DNA of 64,000 nucleotides, from contig NW_027117339.1 of assembly GCF_038025025.1 (NCBI RefSeq), positions 62,001 to 126,000 on the forward strand, given 5' to 3'. The translations under genes were made by a program, and so were the position numbers. Positions 14,152 to 25,800 of the stretch are shown one piece after another (positions within the stretch are counted from its first letter, which is position 1; the number at the start of each line of letters is the position of its first letter). The notes beneath the pieces were generated by a model that made no database searches, was not told the origin of the DNA, and saw only the letters and a list, made by a program, of their open reading frames with translations. Source of the DNA: Phyllosticta citribraziliensis. Taxonomy: Eukaryota.

Positions 14152-15155
14152 GATGTGTGTGATGTTGTTGTACGGTAGAGAGGGTGTGTGCAAAGGGTTG
14201 TGGTGAGAGTGACGGAAGGTGGTGAGAGCTGAGCTGAGAGTTAGTTGAGAGAGGCGAGGATCTGATCTGTTGGCCCGCCGGCAGCAAGCAGGTGTGGGGT
14301 TAGCGGGGCACGCTGAAGCTCTGGCGTCATGAGCGACCCAACAAACATGTCATCCCCGGCTGTCAGCAGCATGTGAACGACCAGACAAGCCACAATCCAC
14401 CTCACCTGCTCAGCGCTCGCTCCCATTGCACTGGGCTGTCGAATTGGTCACACTCCATGCTGGCTGGCTTCATGGTCGCTCCAGGTCGGCGCCGTGCGTG
14501 CAGAGAAGAGACCTGCAGAGCTTGCATTCCGACGACGAACCTGCCAGGACAGCAGGGCAGTTTTGAGAATGCGGTCGGCCACTTTGAACAGGATGTCTCC
14601 GACGAAGGATCGATTCTCAGGTCGTGGCTGTTTTGCTATGTAGGACTGACTCACAGAGCATTTATTGTCTGTCCGCGTACTCCACCCATCCTGAGGGTTG
14701 AAAGCTGCTCTCCTTGAAGCTCTCACATCATCGCTCGAATGGCACACTATGTCTAGGGCCAGGAGATGGCAGCGTGCGGCGCTGACAACCCTCCTCGTCT
14801 GTTCCCGATATTTCCGTACTCAGACTGCAGAGACTTCCTAAAAGATGACAGCCCAGCCCAGCCTCAGGAACATTAGATCAAAGGTGGGAAACACATTGCA
14901 CGCGGCACACGGCACTTGGGAAACTAGGATCACGGGCGAGAGAGAAGAGACAAGAGAAGAGCTTGCGTGAGCCAAAATACCTACGATCCAACCCGCAGTA
15001 CGATACGACGACAACCACTCAATCCCACATTTTCTCTGTCCAAGTGATTGCTGTTGGAAAAAGATCGCGGCGCACATGCCTGCTGCTTGCCTCTCACTCC
15101 CTCTGCTTCAGTCGCCCACTCCACAGCCTTGCCCACATACCTCAACACGCAGAAC

Positions 15156-18100
15156 TTACAACTTGGGCTTGCTTGCCTCGAGCAGCTCCGCGCCCGCACC
15201 CGCAATCGCCAACCGGCCCGTCTCCTTGACCTTGACCTGGAAGACGACCGTCTTGCCCACCTTCCACATCTCGGTCCGGAGCGTCTCGCCCGGGATGACG
15301 GTGCCGGCAAAGCGCACCTTGATGTTGCGGTACGGGCCGAACGTGTTGAGGATGTGCTTGCCCGCAATGCCAAACGAGCACAGCCCGTGCAGGATGGGCT
15401 CCTTGAAGCCGCCCACCTTGCTGAACTCAGGGTCGATGTGCAACGGGTTGCGGTCGCCGCTGAGCCGGTACAGCGCCGCTTGCTCGTCCGTCGTCTTCTC
15501 CTCGACGACCACGTCCGGGCTGTTTTCCTTGCCCTTGGGCGGCGCGTGCACCGCCGTCGCCGCGCCCCGGTTGGTTCCCTTCTTGGGCCCGCCGAAGCCA
15601 CCGGATCCGCGGATCACGACGGCCGATTCGTTGTAAAAGACTTCCTCGCCCGTCTCCTTGATGGTCGTGATGGAGCCGTACGACACGACGGCCGACTTGC
15701 CCTTGTCGACGACTTCGACGAGGAACGGCGTCGCGACGAGCGTGGCGGCCGTCGGGATCGGGTACTTGCGGATCTCGAGGAATTGCTCGCCGTGCAGCAG
15801 CATCATTGGCGAGAAGTTGGGCACAATTTCGTCCCAGGAAAAGGGGAGCACGGCGTTGAAGGGCGGAATCACACCAAAGGTGGGGACAGGGCCAAAGGAG
15901 TCGTGGTTTTCGTACACGAGGTGGAGATCCGTACGCTTGGCACCAATTCCGAGGTCTAAAAGAGTCAGACACGGTGTAGAGAAGATATACAACCAACTTA
16001 CTGTAGAGGATGACGTCCCGGTCGTCGTAGGGGAACTCGGTACCCTGTCCCTTGGTCTTCTTCGCAACTTCAATGGCTTGGAGAATTTCGTTGCCCTCGC
16101 CTCCAGACTCTGACGCTGTAATTTGGTTATTAAAGATCCAAAGCTGGGGAATGGCGGATTGATGGTTGAGTAAACGGGTATACATTGAAGCTATTCACAA
16201 AATGTGCCAAAGAGGAAAGATGCGCCGCAAGATTGCCAAGCTAAAGCTTCGACTTACCCGCCGCTCCGCCAGAACGGTTGTTCATGTTGGCCATGATGCT
16301 CTTGAGACCGTCATTTCCGTCCTCGGGGTGGTCCGCACGACCGTCGTCGAAGTTGATAATCTTCTGCCATACTCCCTTTACGGCCTCTGGGGTAAGGGGG
16401 ACGTCGACCGGGAAGCCGTGGCCTCCGCTGCGTTGCCATCTGGTGCGTGCTTGCCAACCAGAGCCGACTTCAAAGAGACCGCCAGTCGGGGGGTCAGGGA
16501 CCTTGTCAGAGCAAAGAGCAACGACGAGCGGTGCCACGTAGTCGGGCTTGAATGCCTGGACAAGCTCCTCTGGCAAAATTGAGCGGGTCATGTTGGTTCC
16601 CGCATTCGGGGCGATGGTGTTGACAAAAATGTTGTACTTGGCTCCCTCACGCGCGAGCGCTCTGGAGAATCCGAGGATACCACACTTGGCCGCCGCGTAG
16701 TTTGCCTGGCCGAAATTGCCGTAAATTCCGGAGGTGGATGTCGTGTTCACGATACGGCCGTATTTTTGCTTGAGCATATAAGGCCATGCCGCTTTGGTCA
16801 CCTTATAAGTTCCCCTGAGATGAACATTCATGACCTGATCCCACAGGCTGTCGTCCATGTTGGCAAAGGCCTTGTCGCGGAGGATACCGGCATTGTTGAT
16901 GATGATGTCGATCCGGCCATAGGCGTCAATGGCAGACTTGACAACCTTTTCACCCTCCTCAGCAGAAGCCTTGTTGCCAACAGCAGCACCACCTGCGCTC
17001 TTGATTTCGTTGACAACGTTGTCGGGGTTGACGAGATCGTTGACAACCACCTTGGCACCGTGCTTGGCGAACAACAGAGCGTATGAGCGACCCAGTCCGC
17101 CACCGGCGCCAGTGATCAAGACCACCTTGTCCTTGAACTCGAGCTTCTCGGCTGGTGGGTTGGGGGGAAGCTTTTGCGCCTCTTCCAACAACTCCATGAA
17201 ATTGGCGGGGCCGGTGGGGAAGCTGGGCTGCGAAAAGTCGTTGACGTCGTTCCACTTGGCGAGCACGCCTCCGGGGGTCATGGAGTCGTCGGCCTTGAGA
17301 AGACCACCCTTGGCGCGTTCCCACCGCAGCTTCGCAACATGTCCTCCGCCAACCTCGAAGATGGAACCAGTTTCCTCAGTATTCGACGAGTGTACGAGGA
17401 CAGCCACGAGAGGGACTACCCAGTCCGGCTTGAGGTTCTCGAGCATGTCCGGAGGCATGACTGTTTGGGTCATGCGGCTAGCGGCGATGGGCGCAATGAC
17501 ATTGGCGATGATGTTATACTTGAAGCCCTCCTTGGCGAGGGTCTCGGTGAAGCCGACCTGAGCAAGTTTGGCAGCTGCAGACCGTCAGTTGGCGTCACTA
17601 CCCAGGCGTCGATCAACGTACCAGAATAGTTACACTGGCCAAAGCTTCCAAACAATCCGGCGGAGGATGCGGTGTTGATGACTCGGCCGTACTTTTGCTT
17701 CCGGAAGTGTGGCCAAGCCGCTCTTGCGCACTGCCAGAGTCAATTCCAACTGTCCCATTTGCGACTACGATCCGATCCGTACCTTGTATGCGCCCTTGAC
17801 GTGCACCTGGTTGATCAAGTCCCAGTCTTGGTCGCTCATGTTCTTGAAGCTCACGTCGCGAAGGATTCCGGCATTGTTCAGCAGCACGTCGATGCGCCCA
17901 AAAGCCTTGATGGCGGTTTCGATAATCTTGTCGCCATTCTCGACGCTGTCGTAATTTGCGACGGCCTTGCCACCGGCCTTTACGATTTCATCAACGACGA
18001 CGTCTGCGGCCTGAGGAGTTCACATGTCAGTCTCGGGGACCGAGAAGCGGTGGGAGATGACAGCTGCCAAACGCACCTTTGTCGAAGTGCCTTCGCCCTT

Positions 18101-18235
18101 GAAAGATCCGCCCAGGTCGTTGACGACAACGTTTGCGCCGCGGCTGCCAAAGAAGGTCGCGTATGCCTTGCCGAGACCGCCGCCAGCACCGGTGACGACA
18201 ACGGTCTGGCCGTCGAACCGCAGCTTATCAGCCAT
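15156..18235 (-). CDS. FOX2: Peroxisomal multifunctional beta-oxidation enzyme MFE-2 (two 3-hydroxyacyl-CoA dehydrogenase domains plus hydratase 2), 6 exons (18235-18077, 18010-17783, 17730-17622, 17574-16258, 16115-16002, 15955-15156)
   Basis: Two SDR domains ([21 protein letters not shown]); hydratase-2 motif [14 protein letters not shown] and [11 protein letters not shown]-terminus ..ASKPKL (PTS1-like). All introns are GT-AG and restore the frame. Confidence 0.96.
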
Positions 18236-18569
18236 GGTGGGGAGAGAAGAGTGGGAGACAAAGAGGCTGTGACGACGCTAGCTTGCGCTCAGATGCGATA
18301 GAGGGGTCGAGTAGGGGAGAAGAGGGAGAGAATGGAGAGGAGATCAAGTCTGTGGAGGGTATCGAGGAGTAGTATGCATGTTCCTGGAGCAAAGCCGAGC
18401 TCTAGACGGCTAACGTCGTCAGTGAGCCTCGGTAATGATCCGGCCCGCGCAGCCATTGGTCGACCCGTGGGGCTCCCGGATTTTGCGGGCAAGGTGCACG
18501 TGCCACCTTGGGGTAGCCCAACACTTGGCACTTCACATGCGCGCTAGAGACTACACCATTCTGCCAGCC
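18236..18569. promoter_or_regulatory. Short bidirectional promoter (FOX2 / kinase) containing a CCTCGG FarA/FarB-type element
   Basis: 334-nt divergent gap; CCTCGG at 18427-18432 matches the known Aspergillus fatty-acid induction core. Confidence 0.55.
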
Positions 18570-19722
18570 ATGATTGTCGACGACAAATCTGACCACGTTG
18601 TTCCTTTTCTGCTCCGTCTGCTTGACCGGCACCGCAATGCTCCGCGCCCGGCTGGAGAGCCTGTCCGCCCCTTTGTCGTCGGCCTGAACGGCGTGCAAGG
18701 CGCGGGGAAGACGACACTGGTATGCTCCACTGTAACCACCAAGAGTCTAAGACCCTCAATTCTCACTCTGCGACCAGGTCTCGGCTCTCCAACGCACCCT
18801 CCGCTCTCCGCCATACTCACTGCCCACCGCCGTCATCTCCATTGACGAATTCTACCTCACTCACGCCGACCAAGAGCGCCTGGCCGCCTCTGACTCATCC
18901 AACCCTCTCATCCAGCACCGCGGACAGCCGTCGACCCACGATCTGCCTCTGGCACGCGACACTCTTGCTGCTTTGTGCAATCGCCGCTCCAACGTTCCCA
19001 TCCCCGTATATGACAAGTCGGCCTTCAATGGTGCGGGGGACCGTGCGCCCAAGGCCCAGTGGGAGGTGGTGAACGAGGGCGAGGAGAGTGTCGACTTCAT
19101 CCTGCTCGAGGGCTGGTGTGTCGGATTCCGCGCGCTGGAAGACGGAGATCTGGAGCAGAAGTGGAGCGAAGCCAAAGACAAGGCTGAGCGCCATGGCGAA
19201 GCGTACAAGGGCCGCCTGGGCAAGGAGCGCTCGGAGCATGTGAGGTTCGTCAATGACAAGCTGAAGGATTATGACGAGTTGACAAAGTAAGTTCGTTTTG
19301 TCGATCGTGGTGCGTGACAACAGAGATCGGTGGTTGTGTCACGACCCCGCCTCGTACTGACAGCCGGGCTGGGTTTTTACCGCCAGATGCTGACCCTGCC
19401 CGCAAGCATATTTGATGCCTTTGTATTTATCGACGCCGAGGACACGCAGTACGTCTATGACTGGCGTCTGCAGCAAGAGCGTGCCCTGCGCGCTGACAAG
19501 GGCACTGGCATGACGGATGACCAAGTCATCAACTTTGTCAATGGATGTACGTGCCGTGTGACCTCCCTACCCTCGCTCAATATTGACAACTGCAAAGATT
19601 ATCCTGCATACGAGCTTTACTCCGAAACTCTTCGTCAAGGCGCTCTCCCGGGAAAACAGGGAGTTCAGCTGAACTTGACTGTGGGTAAGGACCGCCGTGT
19701 CAAGCATGTCGAGGTTCGCTAG
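18570..19722 (+). CDS. P-loop kinase of the TDA10 / D-glycerate 3-kinase / uridine-kinase-like family, 4 exons
   Basis: VVGLNGVQGAGKTTL Walker A, SIDEFYL, HRGQPSTHDL, PVYDKSAFNGAGDR, ILLEGWCVGF, YVYDWRLQQE. Introns ~18720-18777, 19287-19406 and 19547-19597. Confidence 0.85.
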
Positions 19723-20149
19723 GCTTCTCAGGTTCCGACTCTGACCAGGCAAACGATGTGCTGATCAGCCACTGTAAATACATGTAAGTAAGCATTGAGG
19801 GGGTGGATTTCGGCTACCTACCAAATAGATGCTAGAATGACTTCTGAGCGAATTCGACGCATCTCGTCATTGTGACAAGAACCAAACACCTTCTGGAGAA
19901 ACAGCTTCGATTGTTGAATCAGGTCCACCGGGAAGACATGGTATGAAAGCCTTGATACGAAGTGGGAGTGAGAGAGACAAAATAAGTCCGCCCAGTCAAG
20001 CACAGCCAAAAGTGATGCCCCAGACGACCGTGTTTCGGTTTGGGTCCGAGGTGATTTTGCCGTCCTTCATCCCACCATCTATTGCGCCGATCATACCACA
20101 AAAAAGAGGAGGCCGTAATCCTAGTGAAGCGCTGGGACAGACACTCCGG

Positions 20150-22205
20150 GCGCCACATTCGATATACAGTAGCCATGTGCCACATGTGGACATTACTTGA
20201 TCTCCCTCCTCCCAGCACGTCTAAATGTCTACCTCCAGGATAACGACAAGAAGCTTCATCCGCCCTCGTACTTGCAGACGCGAAGCAAGCCACTGTTGCA
20301 AGAGCGACACTTGGCCCACCCAGCATCATCTTGGCCGCTACAACCGCCGCGCCCCTCTTTGAATGCTAATCACTTATCAGCCAGAACAAGAGCAAGCCAA
20401 CAGGCCCAGTCAGCAAGCAAGTCAGAAGAAGCTTTAAAGTTGCAACACAAAAGACGGCAAACTCGAAACTCGTGCCCTGGCCAGCACATGGCGCACGCCG
20501 AAAAAGTGGAATCTACAGAGCAATAAAGTAAATAAACAACCAACGCCCTAACCTACACCACGCCAGCAGGTGGTCCAGCCAAAGAGTCTAGACTCTGTTG
20601 ACGGAAGTCCCCGCCCCGCCGTTGGCAACAACCCTACCTACCTTGCAACTTACCTCACCGAACCGTCCTTTGCCAGTCATCGAAACCAACACATTGATAC
20701 GCACGCATACAAACTCCGTCACAGGAAACCCACGATAAACAGTCTGAACTACCTATCAGCCAACTAGCAAGAAAGCAAGCAACGAAGAAGCACCACCACA
20801 AACTCTCCCCACAACTCCTATCATCCCTGCTCAAGCCACGGCAAGCAGCCAGACAGCGTCCTCCCTACCTCACTCAAACAAATTTCGCGCCTGTCCATCC
20901 ACCTGATTGGCCGCCCTCGCTGCCTTTTTCGCAAAAATCAGAAGCGTAAATGTATTTTAGTGAGACAGGGATCCTCCCCAATCTATTCTCGACGCCATGC
21001 CGAGGCAATGTGGGCAGCATTCGGTGTACAGTGAGATGCTGGCCTGCGCTGTTTGTTCGTGTATGAATGAGGTTGCTGCCTGTGTTGACCATGGGTTGGG
21101 GTGTTGTTTGTTGGCGGCGGGTTTGTAGTCAGTGAACAGCGGCAATGCTGGATGCTGGCTTTACTGCTGCTGCTGGTTTTACTGCTGCTGTTGCTGCTGC
21201 TGGCAAGAAGCTCGCTCACTGTTCCCGTGCTTCGTGCCCGTTTTGGTTGCTCGTGCGGTCCGAGGCCGAACCCGCGAAGCAGTTAACTTACGCAGAGCAA
21301 GCAAGCAAGCATGCGTGCATGGATGGAAGCTACGGATCCTAGAAACCACGTAGAGGCGCCCGCCCGAGAGACCGCCAATCCAGTACAAGGCAAGGCAGAA
21401 GGAAAGGACTGGGGCTGGATTGGGTTAGTATGGCGCGCTCGCTCGCTCACTCACTCACTTGCTCATGTAGAGTGAGTGAGTGAGTGAGTGGGTGGCTGGC
21501 TGAACAAGTTACTCACCGGTATGGAGGGGGTATTCACCCTATTTCGCCCGTTGTATTGTAGCAGGCAAAAAGACTGGCGGAGTCCGGCGCCCCTCTTTGT
21601 CTATATGTGTCTCTGTCCGCCGCCACCGCCGCCGTCGCCCCCGCGCCACTGCGATGCTTGCGGTGCGGCAGAGGTTGTTGCGGTCCACTGCGCCGACGGC
21701 GAGTACTGCTGCAGAGATCGAGGGTTCCAGACGCTTCATGGTCGTGGTGGAGGGGAGAGTCGCGTCCAATTCCAAGCGCCCGTGTACTCTATGCAGACTG
21801 ATGGCGCCATCACCAATCAACGCACCAGAAGCGCGAATGGTGCGCACGACGTGGTGTTGGCGTTCTAGTCCGTAGTCTTCTTCACGCCGATCGGCACCGC
21901 CACCGAGCCATCCATCGGCATGGATGCGAGCGTGCCCGCCGTCCCGGTCGCTTGGGAGCCGTGGTAGCCAAGGAAGCGGGTGCGTTGCAGGTGAAATCAA
22001 AACGGGGCGTGGCTAGTCTGCTGGCCGGTCGGGGTGGCTGGCTGGCTGGTCAGGTGGAACCACTGGGTGCTGGGTCTGAGACGGAGACAGGCGGTGGTGA
22101 GGGAGGTAGAATGTCGAGTCGGCTGTCGGGTGCTGGGTTGTCGGCGGCGGCGACTCAGGCGTGCCGACTCCATGGTGTCTCGATGTGTGAGCTGTGTGTT
22201 TTGAT
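20150..22205 (+). ncRNA. Candidate telomerase RNA (TER/TR), ~2 kb structured ncRNA
   Basis: Template-like CCCTAACC at 20546-20553; more than ten nested complementary stems, including 5'/3' end pairing; candidate pseudoknot; U-tract plus GTGAGT at 22199-22211; no credible ORF. Boundaries are approximate. See findings. Confidence 0.62.
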
Positions 22206-22823
22206 GTGAGTAGGGGGGAAATACCGAGCACGAGGAAGGGGAGGGAGGAGAGACAGCAGAGGGAGGAGGCATGTGCAGAGCAGGCATGGATTCGGGCGGC
22301 CAGGGTCAAATGGTACATTGCAATGCTGTACTCGTAAAACATTCTTCCACTGCTCACGCCTTTACAGATCAGCCTGTCGAGATTCATCTTGCTACCATTG
22401 TCGGCGCACAGAAGCATCGTTCGTGGCATGACTGCTGTGCTCGTGTCTCCCTTGCTTTCGCGTCGAGCCTGGTCAAGCCTGTGTTCCGCCGTGTCCCTGA
22501 CCTACCTCCCGCATGTACGTATATATGTCTCTGCGCCACCAGCTCATCAAGATCCAGATCTTTCATGCAGCGTCTTGGTTCTTTCCGTTGTTGGCCAGCT
22601 GGCTGTGTAGGTGCATATGCCGCGCGGCCTGTCTCGATCGCTCCTGTTGTGCTGCTTCCTCCGTCGCTGGAGCTGACGACTTCTGTCGAATAGTACGCCA
22701 TACGTCGTCCCAAGACTAAATTTTGTTCCACTCAAGTCGTCGTGTACCGACTCGCTCCAAAAGGCCGGCGTTGTAGTCGCTAAGCAGTGGAACAGCCAAC
22801 AGACCTGTCTGTGAAGATCGTGT

Positions 22824-25800
22824 TCAAATTGAGGACGAGGGAGATCGAGTAATGGATTCATTCAAGGTCGGCATGGTAATAATGGATCTGTATAGATTGG
22901 AAGCGAGAAAGGCCGCCGACGTTGCAAAGTTGAAGCGGCAGAGCGGAGAGGCGGAGAGAGAGCGATGTCGAGAATCCGCTCGGTGCGCGAACCACTTACT
23001 CATTGTACCCTTTGTGCAGCTCCTCAACGCGCGAGACCATGCGAAAACCCTTTCGAGCATGGTACACCTCCTTCTGATCATGTTGGCAAGGCATGAAGCC
23101 GTCCTTCATTGTTGTTGCAATCGAAGGCTGGGTTGAAGGGCGGGGCAGACAAGACGTGTAGGTATCGCAGTGACCGTCTCGTGGATTCTGCGGCAGTTGC
23201 CGTTCATCGAACCGCTTCAGTAGAGATCCAATTGTGCTCAGTGAGGCATGAGCTGTGTGGGGTGGTCGCACAGCCTGTTGTTGTAGGTCTGCACTGACCG
23301 CGAGAATCCTCCATCGTCGGCATCACGGCTGTGCGCCCATCACAAGTGTCTCCGACAGGTCAAAAACAATATTGCTGCGGCGTAGCATACGTAATGGCGA
23401 GCGGGGTCCATCGTGGATCTATCGGGGATGGCGGAGTCGTTGTTTCTGCTCCACTCTGGCGACCTCCTTGTATCTTCCGTCGCAGTCTGACGATATGAAG
23501 CAGCAGTCGAACAGATTCGACAGAGCTAACAGCGTCCGTGGTGTCACCATGGAGGAAGGTGACAGCATGGTGGGCGAACACAGATGGGCTTCTCGGGGAG
23601 CATATGGAGGAGGTCGAAGCGGGAAAATTTGCGTCGTTGATGAGGATGGATCGAGCTAGTGTCGGACTTGGTGGAGGCTCTCATCGGCAAAGACTTCAAA
23701 TGGGGTAGATGGAAGTTCTTCTCCGTCACTGAAGCCGAAGCTGAGAGAGGTAGCTGCTTGTTGTGGTGCGGAGGGCCCGGGATCAGCAGTGGGTAGCGAA
23801 AGGGGTCAGGTTCAGGGCGCCGTCCAAGCCTTTCCAGGCATCAAGTCCACCCTCTGCTTCAACAAAAGCGAATCCTGCTTCATAACAGGACAACTGTCAT
23901 ATCAAACATGTCGAATTGCGTCCAAAGTTTCCTCTTGACGCACTTCCGAACAAAAAAATCCAGTGGCAGCGCTCCGGCGTGGCACAGAAGGACTGCACTG
24001 TGGGTATAGACTGCAGGTCTTGATTGTTGAAGACGTTCTCGTCGATTCCTCCGACCTGCAGACAATCACTCGTCATTCCATCTCGATGGGCAGGTTCTGT
24101 GCGTCGAAAACGACGCTCCGTAGATACGGACTGATGGCAGACCAGCTGTGATGAGGCCCAACCATGTAAGAAAGCTGAGCGTGAAACAGAGCTCCAAATG
24201 TACTCGTCAGCTTCGTCAACAACGACAAGACTTCGTTGAGACTCGGTTGTCTCGGACCTGAAAAACAATGCTAGTGTACGCCACTTGCTCTGATGCCCAG
24301 GCGTCCGCATATTCGCGCTTATTCCACTCGTATCTGCCACTGCAGAGGTGGAGTGTGGGGCGCATCCTGTAGAGCACAACACCGTGCCGCTTGCCATTCC
24401 GAACTCAAGAGTAATCTCCTCTGATTGCCCGAAAAGAATGCCTCTGCATGTCCGGATATTCTGGAGAGCCTCATTTCGAGTTCATGTCCGAGCCTATGGC
24501 CTCAGGCCAGGTTGCTGAAGATGACCAAGCCGGGAATCTGCCAGATGATTCCTCAATGCTAGCCTACCGGACGGCAAGGGGAAGTCGGTCCGCATCCGAA
24601 CCTAGGCCATTCTGTCGGACGTCGCTTGTGATCTCCCCTCTGACTTTGTTGATACGCGGTGGTGTCCAAGGGGACCTGAAAAGTAAAACCCATCTACCAG
24701 TGATCGCGAGCAAGTACGAAGGCCGCTTACAGCTGTATTTGTGGCCTGCATATCCACGCAAAATCTTGGACATTGGACATAATTTGGTTGTCGAAGTCTC
24801 CACGGTGACGGAGACACTTTCTGACCTCGGCGATCTTGAACGCATGCCCTCCTTTGCTTCAGACAGCCAGAGCAAGATGGCGTGCGAAAAACTCTGACAG
24901 GGGATTCTGACGACGTGGCGATGTGAATATTGGGGTCTGCATGTCGAAACTCGCGGCATTCTACTGTCTTTGGCTCCAGCCATGGCTCGGGCGGAGCGGT
25001 TGGATATACGATGTTTGGCTGCATGCGCCATAAGCCATCCCCGCCATTACAAGCGTCATTTGATGGGAGGTCGATCGATGTTCCAAAAGATTTCAACAGA
25101 CCTTGGGCTGTGATGGCGACGGTGGTTGTGTCCATACGCATCGGGCGCGGCGTTGGCCGCACCGTACAGCAAGGCCTTGTCGACAAGGCAAAAGTGCCTC
25201 CGAGCGGTGGAGGGATTGGCCAAACACGGCTTTCAACCGGCCAACAAAGGCATATTGCACCAGGCCTGATCAAGACAACATTGTCAGCACATGAAAGATG
25301 CCCTAGCTGTTGATATTACGGCAACTTCGCGTTGCAAAGGCTTGAAAGGCGTCGCGGTAGTGACAGCGCTTCACAAAATGAGGCTCGGGAGAGACGCATA
25401 AATTTTGAACGCGTCCCGAGCCCGTGTCTTCGGGATTGACCGTTGAAAAGCCCTATCGGACTGCGTAGACCACTGCCTGGTCTTGTCTCACATGCAGTAA
25501 GGGCAATATGTAAGGCCAGTCCGCGTCATTCTAGAATCTCATTGTAACGGCCCCAGGTCCGGGGCTTGCTCTGTTGATTGCTGAGAGGTGATCGACGAGA
25601 TTTTCGATGACCAGCCACCAAATTCTCCCAGACTAGCAGCAGCTCCAAGCAGATTCTCTGCGACCATGCACCAGCAACAAAAATTGGTGTGATGTTTACA
25701 GTGGCGGACTCGTAGAATGGGGCTTCCCGTTGCCGAAACCTTGTAACAGCTCACAAGCTGCCCCTGGTTCGAGTTCAATTTCCCGATGACGTCCGTCAGC

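Noticed and set aside
20600..20615. GGAAGTCCCC resembling RNase MRP/P CR-I
   Set aside because: No matching CR-V/P4 partner found; the region is better explained by the larger TER-like fold.
21436..21490. Inverted (CTCA)n/(TGAG)n hairpin as a MITE or CRISPR-like repeat
   Set aside because: No target-site duplication or spacers; it is an inverted microsatellite, probably a stem within the ncRNA candidate.
25760..25785. GGTTCGAGTTC resembling a tRNA T-loop / B box
   Set aside because: The flanks do not form a T-stem and there is no cloverleaf.
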